From the NCBI GenBank assembly GCA_046290225.1, contig JBKAGE010000051.1, positions 1 to 64,000 of the forward strand: a stretch of 64,000 nucleotides of DNA, read 5' to 3'. This DNA is from Bradymonadia bacterium. Lineage in GTDB: Bacteria; Myxococcota_A; Bradymonadia; UBA7976; UBA1532. The translations under genes were made by a program, and so were the position numbers. A model generated the notes under the pieces. It did not search any database. It saw only the letters and a program-made list of their open reading frames with translations, and had not been told where the DNA came from. Below are positions 1-9,067 of the stretch, piece after piece; the first letter of the stretch is position 1; every line of letters begins with the position of its first letter.

Positions 1-70
1 CTGTACTGGGTACGGGTGGTGTTCTCAGATGCCTCGCATCAAGATCCAAAGCGACAATCCAATTGGTACA

Positions 71-341
71 GGGCACGGGCACGGGCACGAGTTGATTCGG
101 GTGTGGACCCGTGGCCCTGCCTGGGTTCAGGACGAAGGTTGTCATTGAGGCTGAGATGGTGCGCTTCAGACCAGCCTGAGAATGTAGGTCTTGGGGTGTA
201 TGAAGGCCAAAACCTCCGATGAGAGACATATGGGGCCGAGTGAAGCCTCCACCATCACAGACCCACGAGCGGAGTCATGCTGGGCCACGGGTCCACATCG
301 GTATCAACTCGTGCCCGTGCCCGTGCCCGTGCCCGTGCCCG
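71..341. repeat. Long imperfect inverted repeat with (GGGCAC)n termini (REP/MITE-like hairpin)
   Basis: (GGGCAC)3-GAGTTGAT..TGTGGACCCGTGGCCC at 71-117 pairs with GGGCCACGGGTCCACA..ATCAACTC-(GTGCCC)5 at 282-340; inner partial arms CTGAGATGGTG-CGCTTCA / TGAAGC-CTC-CACCATCACAG. Confidence 0.8.
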
Positions 342-451
342 AAAACTGATCTGCGAGCGAAGCGAGTCCGCGAGCCCACACTCAGGTTTGATCCAACACG
401 CACCTCCCATCATACTCCCCAGCACATCACCCCCATAAAGAGACGTGAGAG

Positions 452-1282
452 ATGAGAATCACCCACATTGACGAGGTGCCCGTCGCCTATTTCCCTGCGC
501 TCACTGCAGCGCCGCGCTCAGGTCGACCACCGAGACCCATCCACATCCCGATGTTTCAGGCATACGCCGAAGACTGGCCCGAGGATTGCCCGCTCGAAGC
601 ACTTATCATCACCGCTGATTTGCAGTTCCGCGATGTCGATCTGAATCGCCTGATGGGCCAGGTCATCGCCGACGAGCTGGGCCTGATGGCTGCTGCAGGT
701 GTGCTGACCGAGCCCGACGCCACGGGCGTCATCATCGCCGGCGACATGTACGCGGTGCCCGGTCTGCGTAAGCGCGGTGGGCTCGGTGACGTGACGCCTA
801 TATGGGCAGCGTTTTCACGAGGCTTCAAGTGGGTGGCTGGTGTCGCGGGGAACCACGACAGCTTCAATGGTCGCGTGCTGCAGATGCCCGATCACCCGAT
901 GCCCCTGCTCCGTTTGGCAGGCTGCTCGCTCATCGATGATGATGTGGTGGAGTTGGATGGCATGCAGATCGGTGGGCTGAGCGGCATCCCCGGATCGAAT
1001 CAGAAGCCCTGGCGTCGCCCGGAGGCATGGTGTGAGTCAGCCTTCGAAGCGTTGCTGGAGATGCGCCCCGACATCGTGGTGATGCACGCCGGGCCTGATG
1101 GTCCGTCGGGCGGAGGTCACGAGGCGTATCGGGAGATACTGGAGCGTTGCCCACATCCACCTCTGGTGATTTGTGGGCACTGCTACTGGGACGAGCCATT
1201 GGCGGAGTACGAGAATGGCTCTCAGACGCTCAATGTGGACAGTCGCGTTGTCTTGCTGAAGCGTGCGGAGATGAGGCGGTGA
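452..1282 (+). CDS. Calcineurin-like metallophosphoesterase
   Basis: Motifs IITADLQ, IAGDMY, VAGNHD, VMH, CGHC in canonical order. Confidence 0.85.
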   Translation: MRITHIDEVPVAYFPALTAAPRSGRPPRPIHIPMFQAYAEDWPEDCPLEALIITADLQFRDVDLNRLMGQVIADELGLMAAAGVLTEPDATGVIIAGDMYAVPGLRKRGGLGDVTPIWAAFSRGFKWVAGVAGNHDSFNGRVLQMPDHPMPLLRLAGCSLIDDDVVELDGMQIGGLSGIPGSNQKPWRRPEAWCESAFEALLEMRPDIVVMHAGPDGPSGGGHEAYREILERCPHPPLVICGHCYWDEPLAEYENGSQTLNVDSRVVLLKRAEMRR

Positions 1283-1342
1283 CGTAGATGTGTATTGAGC
1301 GGGCTGTGTATCGACGGGGCTGATGCGTCGTCAGTCGATGAG

Positions 1343-2884
1343 TCAGCCCAATAGACGGGCAATCAGGGGCCCGTTCCCTTGCACCACGCAGCGCTGCGTG
1401 TAGAACTCCAGCCCACGCACCCCGCCCAGCTCGCAGCCAGCGCCCGCGCGGCCCGGGCCGCCGTGGATCAGCGTTGGCAGCACTGCGCCAGAGCCGAAGC
1501 CCTTCGCTGCAGTCTTCGCGTCCACCACGTAGAGACGACCACAGGTATCCGCCAGGCCCACCATCGCCGCCGCTAGGAACTTGCGGTTGTCTGCGTAGAG
1601 CGAGTTCACCAGGCCACCGGCGCCCTTGCGTACCAGGGCCACCGCGGCGTCCGCCGTGCCGTCGTAGGGCATCACCGTGGCCACCGGGCCGAAGACCTCC
1701 AGCTCGTGCACCACAGGAGCAGTCTCCGGGGCGTCACAGCGCATCAGGTGAGGGCGAACGAAGGCCCCCTTCGACTCGTCGGCCACACCTTCGAGGGCTG
1801 CCTCAGAGGTCCAGGCCACCGAGCAGGCCCCCTTCAGGGCGGCGATGCCCTCCTGGGCGCGCAGCTTCTGAAGCGGAGAGCTGAGGGGGCCCATGTGCAC
1901 CCCCTCCTGCGATGGATCACCCACCACTGTGCGGGACAAGCGATCGCCCAGATCCTCGATGACCTCGTCGATGCGATCTGCAGGCACCAGAATACGCCGC
2001 ACTGCGGTGCACTTCTGACCCGCCTTCTGGGTCATCTCCTTGTGCACGTCGCGGATGAAGGCGTCGTAGGTCTCTTCGTCGGCCTCGGGGCCCAGGACCG
2101 CCGCGTTCAGGCTGTCGGCCTCCACGTTCAGCGGGCAGCCTGCTGCGATCAGCGACGCGTGACCCCGGAGCTTCGCCGCCGTGGCGCTGCCCCCGGTGAA
2201 CGACACCACATCTTGCCAGTTCACGTGATCGAGCAGGTCGTGGGCATCGCCGGCGATGAAGGTGAAGCCCCCCTCGGGCACCAGCCCCGACTCGACGATG
2301 ATCTCCGCCACGCGGTGGGCCAGCAGCGCCGTACCCGGGGCGGGCTTGCTCACCACGGGCATGCCCGCGAGCAGAGCGCAGGCCATCTTCTCGCCCATAC
2401 CCCAGGCGGGGAAGTTGAAGGCGTTGATGTGCACGGCGGCGCCACGACGGGGCACGCGAATGTGCTGACCCTGTACACGGGCGCTGCGGGTCAGGTTCAC
2501 CGGATCGCCATCGGCGAGGTGCCCCTTGTCGCCGAGCTCGGCCCCGAGGCCGGCGTAGGCCATGAGGGTGCCGGTGCAGCCGTCGATGTCGAACTTGGCG
2601 TCACCCCGGGTGTTGCCCCCGTTGGCGGTGGCGAGCTCGATGAGGGCGTCGCGGTGCTCGTGGATGGCCTTGCTCAACCCCTTGAGCATCTCCCCACGCT
2701 CGGTGAACGACATGGCCCGCAGGGCGGGACCGCCCACGTCACGGGCGTGGGCGAGGGCGCCGGCGAGATCGAGGCCTTCGGCGCTCGCGGTGGCGAGCTC
2801 GGCGCCGGTGGTGGGGTTGATGAGGGTCACGCCCTGGCCGTTGCCGGCCTGCCAGGCGCCGTTGAGGTAGCTGGTGAGCTTCAT
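1343..2884 (-). CDS. Aldehyde dehydrogenase of the PaaZ/BoxD (3,4-dehydroadipyl-CoA semialdehyde dehydrogenase) type, without MaoC domain
   Basis: HINAFNFPAWG, SFTGGS, EADSLNAA, catalytic QKAGQKCTAVRR, EVFGPV, LIHGGPGRAG. Confidence 0.85.
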   Translation of the reverse strand: MKLTSYLNGAWQAGNGQGVTLINPTTGAELATASAEGLDLAGALAHARDVGGPALRAMSFTERGEMLKGLSKAIHEHRDALIELATANGGNTRGDAKFDIDGCTGTLMAYAGLGAELGDKGHLADGDPVNLTRSARVQGQHIRVPRRGAAVHINAFNFPAWGMGEKMACALLAGMPVVSKPAPGTALLAHRVAEIIVESGLVPEGGFTFIAGDAHDLLDHVNWQDVVSFTGGSATAAKLRGHASLIAAGCPLNVEADSLNAAVLGPEADEETYDAFIRDVHKEMTQKAGQKCTAVRRILVPADRIDEVIEDLGDRLSRTVVGDPSQEGVHMGPLSSPLQKLRAQEGIAALKGACSVAWTSEAALEGVADESKGAFVRPHLMRCDAPETAPVVHELEVFGPVATVMPYDGTADAAVALVRKGAGGLVNSLYADNRKFLAAAMVGLADTCGRLYVVDAKTAAKGFGSGAVLPTLIHGGPGRAGAGCELGGVRGLEFYTQRCVVQGNGPLIARLLG

Positions 2885-2970
2885 GTGGGGTCCTGTGGAG
2901 GTTTGGGCGCCATGATGGATCAGGGTGGGGCTGAGCTCAATAGCGGACGATCCCGCCTTCGGCGCGATCT

Positions 2971-2991
2971 GTAGCGGACGGCCGTCCGCTC
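2971..2991. repeat. GTAG-initiated palindrome (REP-like or terminator)
   Basis: GTAGCGGACGGCCGTCCGCTC contains the perfect 18-bp palindrome AGCGGACGG/CCGTCCGCT; partial copy TAGCGGACG at 2941. Confidence 0.45.
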
Positions 2992-3008
2992 AAGGCACAC
3001 TCGCGGTG

Positions 3009-3617
3009 TCAGTCCAATGCCACTGCCAGGAACCGCTCTTCGTCTTCGATCGATACATTGATGAGATCTGAGAGCCCCACAGAGTCCCAGGTCCCCACGG
3101 CTGCTGTGCCCGGCAGCTTTCGCTGAGAGCATGCGTAGAGATACAGCCCCCAGAGGCGCGCCGTGAGCGGGGCGTCGAAGCGGAGGATCCCTCGGCTCAC
3201 CCCAGTGGCCGTCATCGGGTCGAGCTGCGTCGAGAGCCGCATCAGGTAGCCCTGCTCCTCTTGAGTGAGAAAGGTGCCAGCAGGGGGCGTCTCGCCGGCG
3301 TTGCGCCAGCGGTGGCTCACCGCCAGGGCGCCCGGAGAAGGCGTCGCCAGTACTCGGGCCAGCTGCCCCGACGTCACCGAGGGGCGACCCAGGCAGACGA
3401 TGAAGGGCCCCATGAGGGCAGAGCCCAGAGCGAAGAGGCTGTGGATGTCGTTCGGCCCCCGGTGCCCCGACCGGATCACGTTGTGCACCCCCTTAGGTGT
3501 CGGGCCGGCAGCGCCCACACGGATCACCGTGTCGATGTTGTGGCTCGACAGCGCCTCGAGCAGGGGGGTCAAGTCGTGATCCGAGGCGTGGGCCTCGTCG
3601 ATGAGGATGGCTTTCAT
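3009..3617 (-). CDS. Hypothetical protein, possibly a degenerate nucleotidyltransferase (NTP_transferase-like) fold
   Basis: Start moved to ATG 3617, overlapping the upstream stop (ATGA). MKAILI start and 'NDIHSLFALGSALMGPFIVCLG' resemble sugar/choline-phosphate cytidylyltransferases, but GxGxR is absent. Confidence 0.5.
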   Translation of the reverse strand: MKAILIDEAHASDHDLTPLLEALSSHNIDTVIRVGAAGPTPKGVHNVIRSGHRGPNDIHSLFALGSALMGPFIVCLGRPSVTSGQLARVLATPSPGALAVSHRWRNAGETPPAGTFLTQEEQGYLMRLSTQLDPMTATGVSRGILRFDAPLTARLWGLYLYACSQRKLPGTAAVGTWDSVGLSDLINVSIEDEERFLAVALD

Positions 3618-4432
3618 AACGGCTCCTCGCCGGGGGACTGCGCGGCGTTGGGGCGACCGAGTTTCCAGATGATGGTCACCACCGATTGCGCCACATAGAG
3701 AGCATGTACGGCGGCGTAGGCATACACAAAAATCGCCATCTGCCCAAGGGCCGCGAAGATCGGCAGCGTCGCCGGATACTGACTCACCAGCCGGGCGAGG
3801 GCCTTGACGGGCCACAGAGGTCCCGAGCGCTGGCTTGCCTCACCGGCGGCCTCACCGTGTTTGAGCGGGGTGGTGCCCGTGGCCCGGGCGTATTCCGGGC
3901 TGCGGAGGAAGTGGGTGATGAACAGGGCTCCGGGCACGATGACCAGCGTAATCAGGCCCACCCAGAGGGCGTACTCTCCGCCGCCTTCGTGCAGACGCCA
4001 CCGGGCGCAGAGTGTGCCCACCAGCAGCAGGGCCTTCAGCTCGTCCATCAAGAAGTCGAGCAGGCCCCCCGCCTCCGAGGTGCGGCCGGTCAAGCGCGCC
4101 AGCTGACCGTCGGCGCAGTCGAGGATGTAGCTGAACTCGATGAGCAGCACACCGAGGGCCAGGCCCCAGGGGCCAGGCCAGAGCAGGAGCGGCAGCGCCG
4201 AGATCACCATCACCGCCATGGAGATCAGCGTCACCTGGTTCGGGGTGATGGGGGTCCGGGCGAACAACCAGACCCAAGGGGCCGCCAGAGGTCGGGCGAT
4301 GTAGAGGTTGAACAGCGAATCCGCGGGCTTGAGGCTGTTGCGGTAGATGCGGCGGATCTCGGCGAGCACGGCTTCTCTGGGGGGTGATGGGGTCGCTCCG
4401 ACATATGCCTGCACAGGCGGAGCGGGGGGCAC
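3614..4432 (-). CDS. CDP-alcohol phosphatidyltransferase family membrane protein
   Basis: ITPNQVT and signature DCADGQLAR..G..S..GGLLDFLMD; several TM helices. Confidence 0.9.
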   Translation of the reverse strand: MPPAPPVQAYVGATPSPPREAVLAEIRRIYRNSLKPADSLFNLYIARPLAAPWVWLFARTPITPNQVTLISMAVMVISALPLLLWPGPWGLALGVLLIEFSYILDCADGQLARLTGRTSEAGGLLDFLMDELKALLLVGTLCARWRLHEGGGEYALWVGLITLVIVPGALFITHFLRSPEYARATGTTPLKHGEAAGEASQRSGPLWPVKALARLVSQYPATLPIFAALGQMAIFVYAYAAVHALYVAQSVVTIIWKLGRPNAAQSPGEEPL

Positions 4433-4442
4433 TATGGCCCAC

Positions 4443-6716
4443 TCACCGGGGTGCGTACAACACCCCCCCGACGAAGACCGTCACCGGGCCTTCGAGGGCA
4501 TCTGCAGAGGCGGGGAGCCAGCGCCGGAGGCCACCGGTGACGGACATGGCCCACGGGGCGCCCTCGAAGGCAGGGTAGGGGCCGGCGACGTAACGAGGTT
4601 GCCAGCCGATCGACGTGGTGGCGCCGGCCACCGAGAAGCCGGACTCGCTCCACAACAACACACGGCCGTTGGCCAGCAGCGGCACACCTGCTGGGGCGGG
4701 TGGCAGGCCCAGCTGGGCGAGAGGACCCTCCACTGCGATGAGCCCTTCGCTCTGAAGCACCAGATGCCCTGCGACGAGGCTGGCCGAGACACCTGTCTCT
4801 CTCTCGAGGGTATTGATGGCAGCGATGAGGGCGCCATCTGCGTCGTCGGCCAGCACCTCGGTGGCGGGCACCATCACAGCGTTGATCATCAGGCCTTCGA
4901 GGAGGCCCTCGGTGATGGCCTGTGCGCCTCGCAGATGGCTGAGAGTGGCCGAGGCCCACACACCCGTCATAGGCGCTCGGGCGTTGATGAGGATCGCTTT
5001 GTCGGCGGCGCTGCGCGCAGCGCCTGCGCCGATGGGCACCCCGTTGATCACGAGGCCCTCGGTGAGGGGTCTCGGGGGCACCTCGTCTCCGGTGGCCGCC
5101 ACGGGCGCAGACCACTCGGCGACGTCGTACCACTGGTGGGTGTCGAGCCCTGGGGCGTGCTGACGTAGCTCGAAAGGCTCAGGTGACCAGAGCCACAAAC
5201 TGCCGGTGTGTGCACCACGACTCAACCCCGTGATGCCTGCGGCTTGCCCGGCCGCTTCGATGACGACGTCAGTACCGTCTGGCGCCACCAGCGGGATCAG
5301 CCCTCGAGCGTCTCCTGGGGCCCAGACACCCGTCTCTGCAAAGCGACGCACGAGGGTGTCCGTCAGGGTGAGATCGGCATCACCAGTAGTGACATCGAGT
5401 GGATCCAGCCGAGCGCCGTTGATGGCCAGGGCGTCTGCTGCGTCGAGGGTGCCGCCGAGCACTGGGCCTTGTGGCACCACTGTGGGCCCAGGCCATGCGC
5501 GAACACCAGTGGCCTCAGCGTGGGCGTTGATCAGCTGCGCTTGCTCCAGAGCTGAGCTCGCGCCTTCGATGTCTACACCGTTGATGGTCAGCGCCACATC
5601 ATGCCAGCGGCCGCTCTCTGGCGCTGGCAATGTGGCCAGGGCGCCACTCTGCGGTGGGCCGGAGGGGGTCGCCCCGTCAGCGATGTAGAGCCCGTCGACG
5701 AAGCCGCCTGGGGGCACCACATGGGTCAAGTCGCCGAGCTGCACCAGGGCCCCGATCTGCTCGCTCGAGAGGTCGGGGCACGGCGACTCACCCGGAGAGA
5801 GCGCCACGCTGAGCTGGGTGTCGGTCCAGAGATGGGCGCTCTGTGTGATCTCGAAGGTGCCGCCTTCGGTGGGCAGAGCAGGCGCCGCCCATCGCTCGGC
5901 GAGGGCGCACTGCCCATGACCGTCGCAGACCTCCAACGAGACGAGATGGGGCGCCCCCACAGGCAGCTCGGCTTCGAGGGTGGGCCCCAGGCCTGCGATG
6001 ACGCCATCGACCGACCACGTGTGCACCAGGCGATCGCTGCACAGGTCCCCCTCGCCCATGTCACGGAGAGTGATTGCGCCTGCTTCGCACCCTTGCGCCA
6101 CCGGGAACAGCTCACCGCCAATACGGGCCTCGGGCGGCGTAGTGTCTTCGACGTGCACCACCGTGCTCACCGCAGCTCGGCGGCCATCGTAGGCCTCGAT
6201 CTCCAGGGTGAGCACGTGGCGGCCCACAGGCAGCTGCGCTGTGGGATCACAGCGGGCCTCTATGGCCACCGGGCCCCGCCACTCGAAGCGGGCGATGGGC
6301 TCTTCGGTCTCACAGGCGTCGAGCTGCACCCGCGCGCCGTTGGCGCCTGTGCACTCGACATGCATCGTCTCGAGGGCAGGTGGCCTCAGGGGTGCCACGG
6401 CGCAGTCGCCGAGCTGGGTATGATCGAAATCAGGGAACTCTGCGTCAGGGATCTCCATGTCGGGGGGCGCGGCGTCTGGGACGTCGACATCGGCAGGTTC
6501 AGCGTCCGCCGACACACCCGCATCATGGTCAGGGCGTTGTGGATCGTCGTCGCCTGCGTCGGCACCTCCACCCCCGGAGTTCGGGCCGAGATCGGTGTCA
6601 GTGGGGATGGTGCCCGGAGTGGCGTCGCTGGGGCCGGGCCCCCCTCCGCTCACACCATCTTCACAGCCCCAAGCCAACAGAGCGCAGAGGAGAAGGGCGC
6701 TGAACTCAAGGCGCAT
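4443..6716 (-). CDS. Lipoprotein: acidic linker, two PKD/Ig-like domains, duplicated flagellin-like outer-domain modules
   Basis: Start at MRLEFSALL (6716) with lipobox LAWGC; PDAAPPDMEIPDAEFPD linker; LPVGRHVLTL/LPVGAPHLVSL Ig-like repeats; repeated LTINGV/LAINGA/LVINGV and 'DDADGALIAAINTLERETGVSAS'. Confidence 0.75.
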   Translation of the reverse strand: MRLEFSALLLCALLAWGCEDGVSGGGPGPSDATPGTIPTDTDLGPNSGGGGADAGDDDPQRPDHDAGVSADAEPADVDVPDAAPPDMEIPDAEFPDFDHTQLGDCAVAPLRPPALETMHVECTGANGARVQLDACETEEPIARFEWRGPVAIEARCDPTAQLPVGRHVLTLEIEAYDGRRAAVSTVVHVEDTTPPEARIGGELFPVAQGCEAGAITLRDMGEGDLCSDRLVHTWSVDGVIAGLGPTLEAELPVGAPHLVSLEVCDGHGQCALAERWAAPALPTEGGTFEITQSAHLWTDTQLSVALSPGESPCPDLSSEQIGALVQLGDLTHVVPPGGFVDGLYIADGATPSGPPQSGALATLPAPESGRWHDVALTINGVDIEGASSALEQAQLINAHAEATGVRAWPGPTVVPQGPVLGGTLDAADALAINGARLDPLDVTTGDADLTLTDTLVRRFAETGVWAPGDARGLIPLVAPDGTDVVIEAAGQAAGITGLSRGAHTGSLWLWSPEPFELRQHAPGLDTHQWYDVAEWSAPVAATGDEVPPRPLTEGLVINGVPIGAGAARSAADKAILINARAPMTGVWASATLSHLRGAQAITEGLLEGLMINAVMVPATEVLADDADGALIAAINTLERETGVSASLVAGHLVLQSEGLIAVEGPLAQLGLPPAPAGVPLLANGRVLLWSESGFSVAGATTSIGWQPRYVAGPYPAFEGAPWAMSVTGGLRRWLPASADALEGPVTVFVGGVLYAPR

Positions 6717-9003
6717 CGTGAGCCTCCTCGCTGTGGAGGGTGGCCCGTACACCCCCGAGGTACAGCTCGATCTCCAAGGGCCCTTGGAGAGCCTCGGGCA
6801 GAGGTGGATGGTGGGTGAAGGTCACATGGCCGCCATCGGCGATCTCCACAGACCACGGCGCTCGGATGACTGGTTGAGTTGCGAACACGGTCGACGCGCT
6901 CCATCCGATGGCCTCGGCGTCACCTGCGATCTCGAAGGTGGAGGCGCTCCACAACATCACCGCGCCGGAGGCGATCTCGGGGAGGGCGTCGAATCCCAAC
7001 GCCTGTACCGGGCCTTCGAGCTGGATGTTGTCACCTTCAGGGGCGATCAAGCTGAGATGCCCTTGGGCGTTGAGCGTGCTGGTCACCCCCGTCTCGTCGC
7101 TGTGGGCGTCGATGGTCTGTAGCAGGGCGCCGTCGAAGTCTCCGGGCAGGATGCGGACCGCGGGCAGCTGCACCCCGTTGATGATCAGTCCTTCCACGGG
7201 CTCAACGTCGCCGGCGATGGGGCCAGGTGCGTCGAGGCGAGCGGCGGTGGCAGAACTGTGCACACTGGTGAGGGCCGAAGCGCCTTCGACGAGGCGGCTC
7301 ATCTGGCGCGCGCTCGCGGCAGGCGCCGCCGCGGGGATGGCCACGCCGTTGAGCATCAGGGCCTCGCTCTCCAGCGGCCGGCTCGCGTTGATGGTGGTCC
7401 CAGCGCGGGCGCTGGGCGCATCCCAGTTCGAGGGGGTGATGTGTCGCCGCTCGGCGCCCTCGCCGAGGGTGAAGCTCTGGGGTGACCAGAGTACGAGCTC
7501 ACCTCGAGCCACGCGCTCTCCGACTGGGAGCCCGGTGATGCGCCCTGCTGCCTCGTCGACATTCAGCGTGAGGGCGCCTCCATCGAACCTGACCAGTCGC
7601 CACGGCCCTGGGCCATCTGTGAGCAGGGTCACGCCGTCGAGGGTGTGTAGAGCGGACCACAGGGTGCCATCGGCGTCTTGTGGCTCGACGGCCAGCCCGG
7701 TGAGGGCCTCGTCATCCACCATGGCCTGCATCTCCGCGGTGACCTCGCCGCCTTGTGGTGGCCCTGCGAGCGGCACCACGGCGGGGGTGGTCCAGGCGGA
7801 GACGCCCGTGAGCAGGGTGACGGCGTTGATGGCCTCTGCCTGGGCCGCAACCGAGGCCTCGGCGTCCACTGGGAGTCGATGCCCGTTGATGACCAGCTCA
7901 CCGTCGACTGTCGATAGATGGGTGAGGGCGCCCTCGCCGATGAAGGCCTGTCGACGGGCCTGCTCGGGTTGGAAGGATGCGCGGTGTGCGCCGCGCATCT
8001 GAGCACCCTCGGGTGGGATGTCGAAGGTGATGCCGTTGATGGCGACGAAGCCGCCGAGCGACACGATCTCGTCCAGATTGCCACCGCATGGGCCTTCGAG
8101 TCGGCCGCTCACCTGCAGCGCCTCATCTTCGAGGGCGGGTCGCCAGGGCCGGGCGTCGAGGGGCTCTGGGGCAGCGAAGGCCCGGCCGACCCACTGGCGA
8201 TCTGTCGTGCATTGCCCCGAAGGATCACAGGCTTCTACGGTCACCTGCCTGAGCCCGCCAGCCCGCAGATCGATCTGCGCAGCGCCTGTTTCCATGTCGA
8301 GGGGCTCGTCGTCGAGCCACCATCGGTAGCTGAGCAGCTCAGCGCAGCGATCACCTTCCCCCACGTCCCAGAGCGAAATATCAACGCGCCCGCCACAGGT
8401 CTCGGGCTCCACGAAGCGCGCTTCAGTGGTGAGGCGCACGTCTGGAGGCTCTTCGTCGACGATGGCGATCGTGGTGCGCCCCACCGCCGATCTGCCGTGG
8501 GGATCCGTGAGGGTGACGCTGAGGTCGTGTTGCCCCACAGGCAGCCGGACCATGGGATCACATCGCTGAGGCATCTCCACCGGGCCTGACCACTCGATGG
8601 TCTCGATCACCGCCTCGGCATCGATGGCCGCGCAGATGTCGAGCGCGATCTCGGCGCCCCACGGACCCTCACAGGCCACGGTGATCGCAGGGAGCTGGGG
8701 GGCCTCGGGGGGATCGGGGAGCTGAGGTGCGTCGATGGGCGGGCAGTCACGCTCGCACTCTACAGTTGTGCCCTGATCCAGGGTTGTTTCGACACTGGCG
8801 TCATCCTCCGTGGAGCCTGCGCCAGGCACGCCAGCATCACCGGCAGGTGTGATGGGATCAGCAGGGCCCTGGTCAGCGGCTGGATTGCCACTCTGGGCGC
8901 CATCGGAGCACGCAGTGAGGGTGAGCAGGCCAGCACAACACAGAGCGGCCCAATATCGAGGGGCCCCATATCGAGGATCTGAGCGGAAAAGGTGGAGGTG
9001 CAC
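6706..9003 (-). CDS. Lipoprotein paralog of 4443-6716 with PKD-like and flagellin-like modules
   Basis: Likely GTG start at 9003; lipobox LTAC; colinear with its neighbour (CDP..LPVG.H, DVGEGDRC, AQAEAINAVTLLTGVSAW, FDGALLQTIDAHSDETGVTSTLNAQGHLSL). Confidence 0.75.
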   Translation of the reverse strand: MHLHLFRSDPRYGAPRYWAALCCAGLLTLTACSDGAQSGNPAADQGPADPITPAGDAGVPGAGSTEDDASVETTLDQGTTVECERDCPPIDAPQLPDPPEAPQLPAITVACEGPWGAEIALDICAAIDAEAVIETIEWSGPVEMPQRCDPMVRLPVGQHDLSVTLTDPHGRSAVGRTTIAIVDEEPPDVRLTTEARFVEPETCGGRVDISLWDVGEGDRCAELLSYRWWLDDEPLDMETGAAQIDLRAGGLRQVTVEACDPSGQCTTDRQWVGRAFAAPEPLDARPWRPALEDEALQVSGRLEGPCGGNLDEIVSLGGFVAINGITFDIPPEGAQMRGAHRASFQPEQARRQAFIGEGALTHLSTVDGELVINGHRLPVDAEASVAAQAEAINAVTLLTGVSAWTTPAVVPLAGPPQGGEVTAEMQAMVDDEALTGLAVEPQDADGTLWSALHTLDGVTLLTDGPGPWRLVRFDGGALTLNVDEAAGRITGLPVGERVARGELVLWSPQSFTLGEGAERRHITPSNWDAPSARAGTTINASRPLESEALMLNGVAIPAAAPAASARQMSRLVEGASALTSVHSSATAARLDAPGPIAGDVEPVEGLIINGVQLPAVRILPGDFDGALLQTIDAHSDETGVTSTLNAQGHLSLIAPEGDNIQLEGPVQALGFDALPEIASGAVMLWSASTFEIAGDAEAIGWSASTVFATQPVIRAPWSVEIADGGHVTFTHHPPLPEALQGPLEIELYLGGVRATLHSEEAHDAP

Positions 9004-9067
9004 GGCAGCCTCACGGCGCAGAGGTACAGATCTGCACCATCGGCATCGAGGCTGCCCGAGATTGAGG

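Noticed and set aside
4443..9003. True flagellin (fliC) or hook-associated genes
   Set aside because: No conserved N/C-terminal helical flagellin regions; lipoprotein signals present; no flagellar gene context
9041..9056. Sigma54-like motif CGGCATCGAGGCTGCC
   Set aside because: Imperfect -12 element and oriented antisense to the flanking genes
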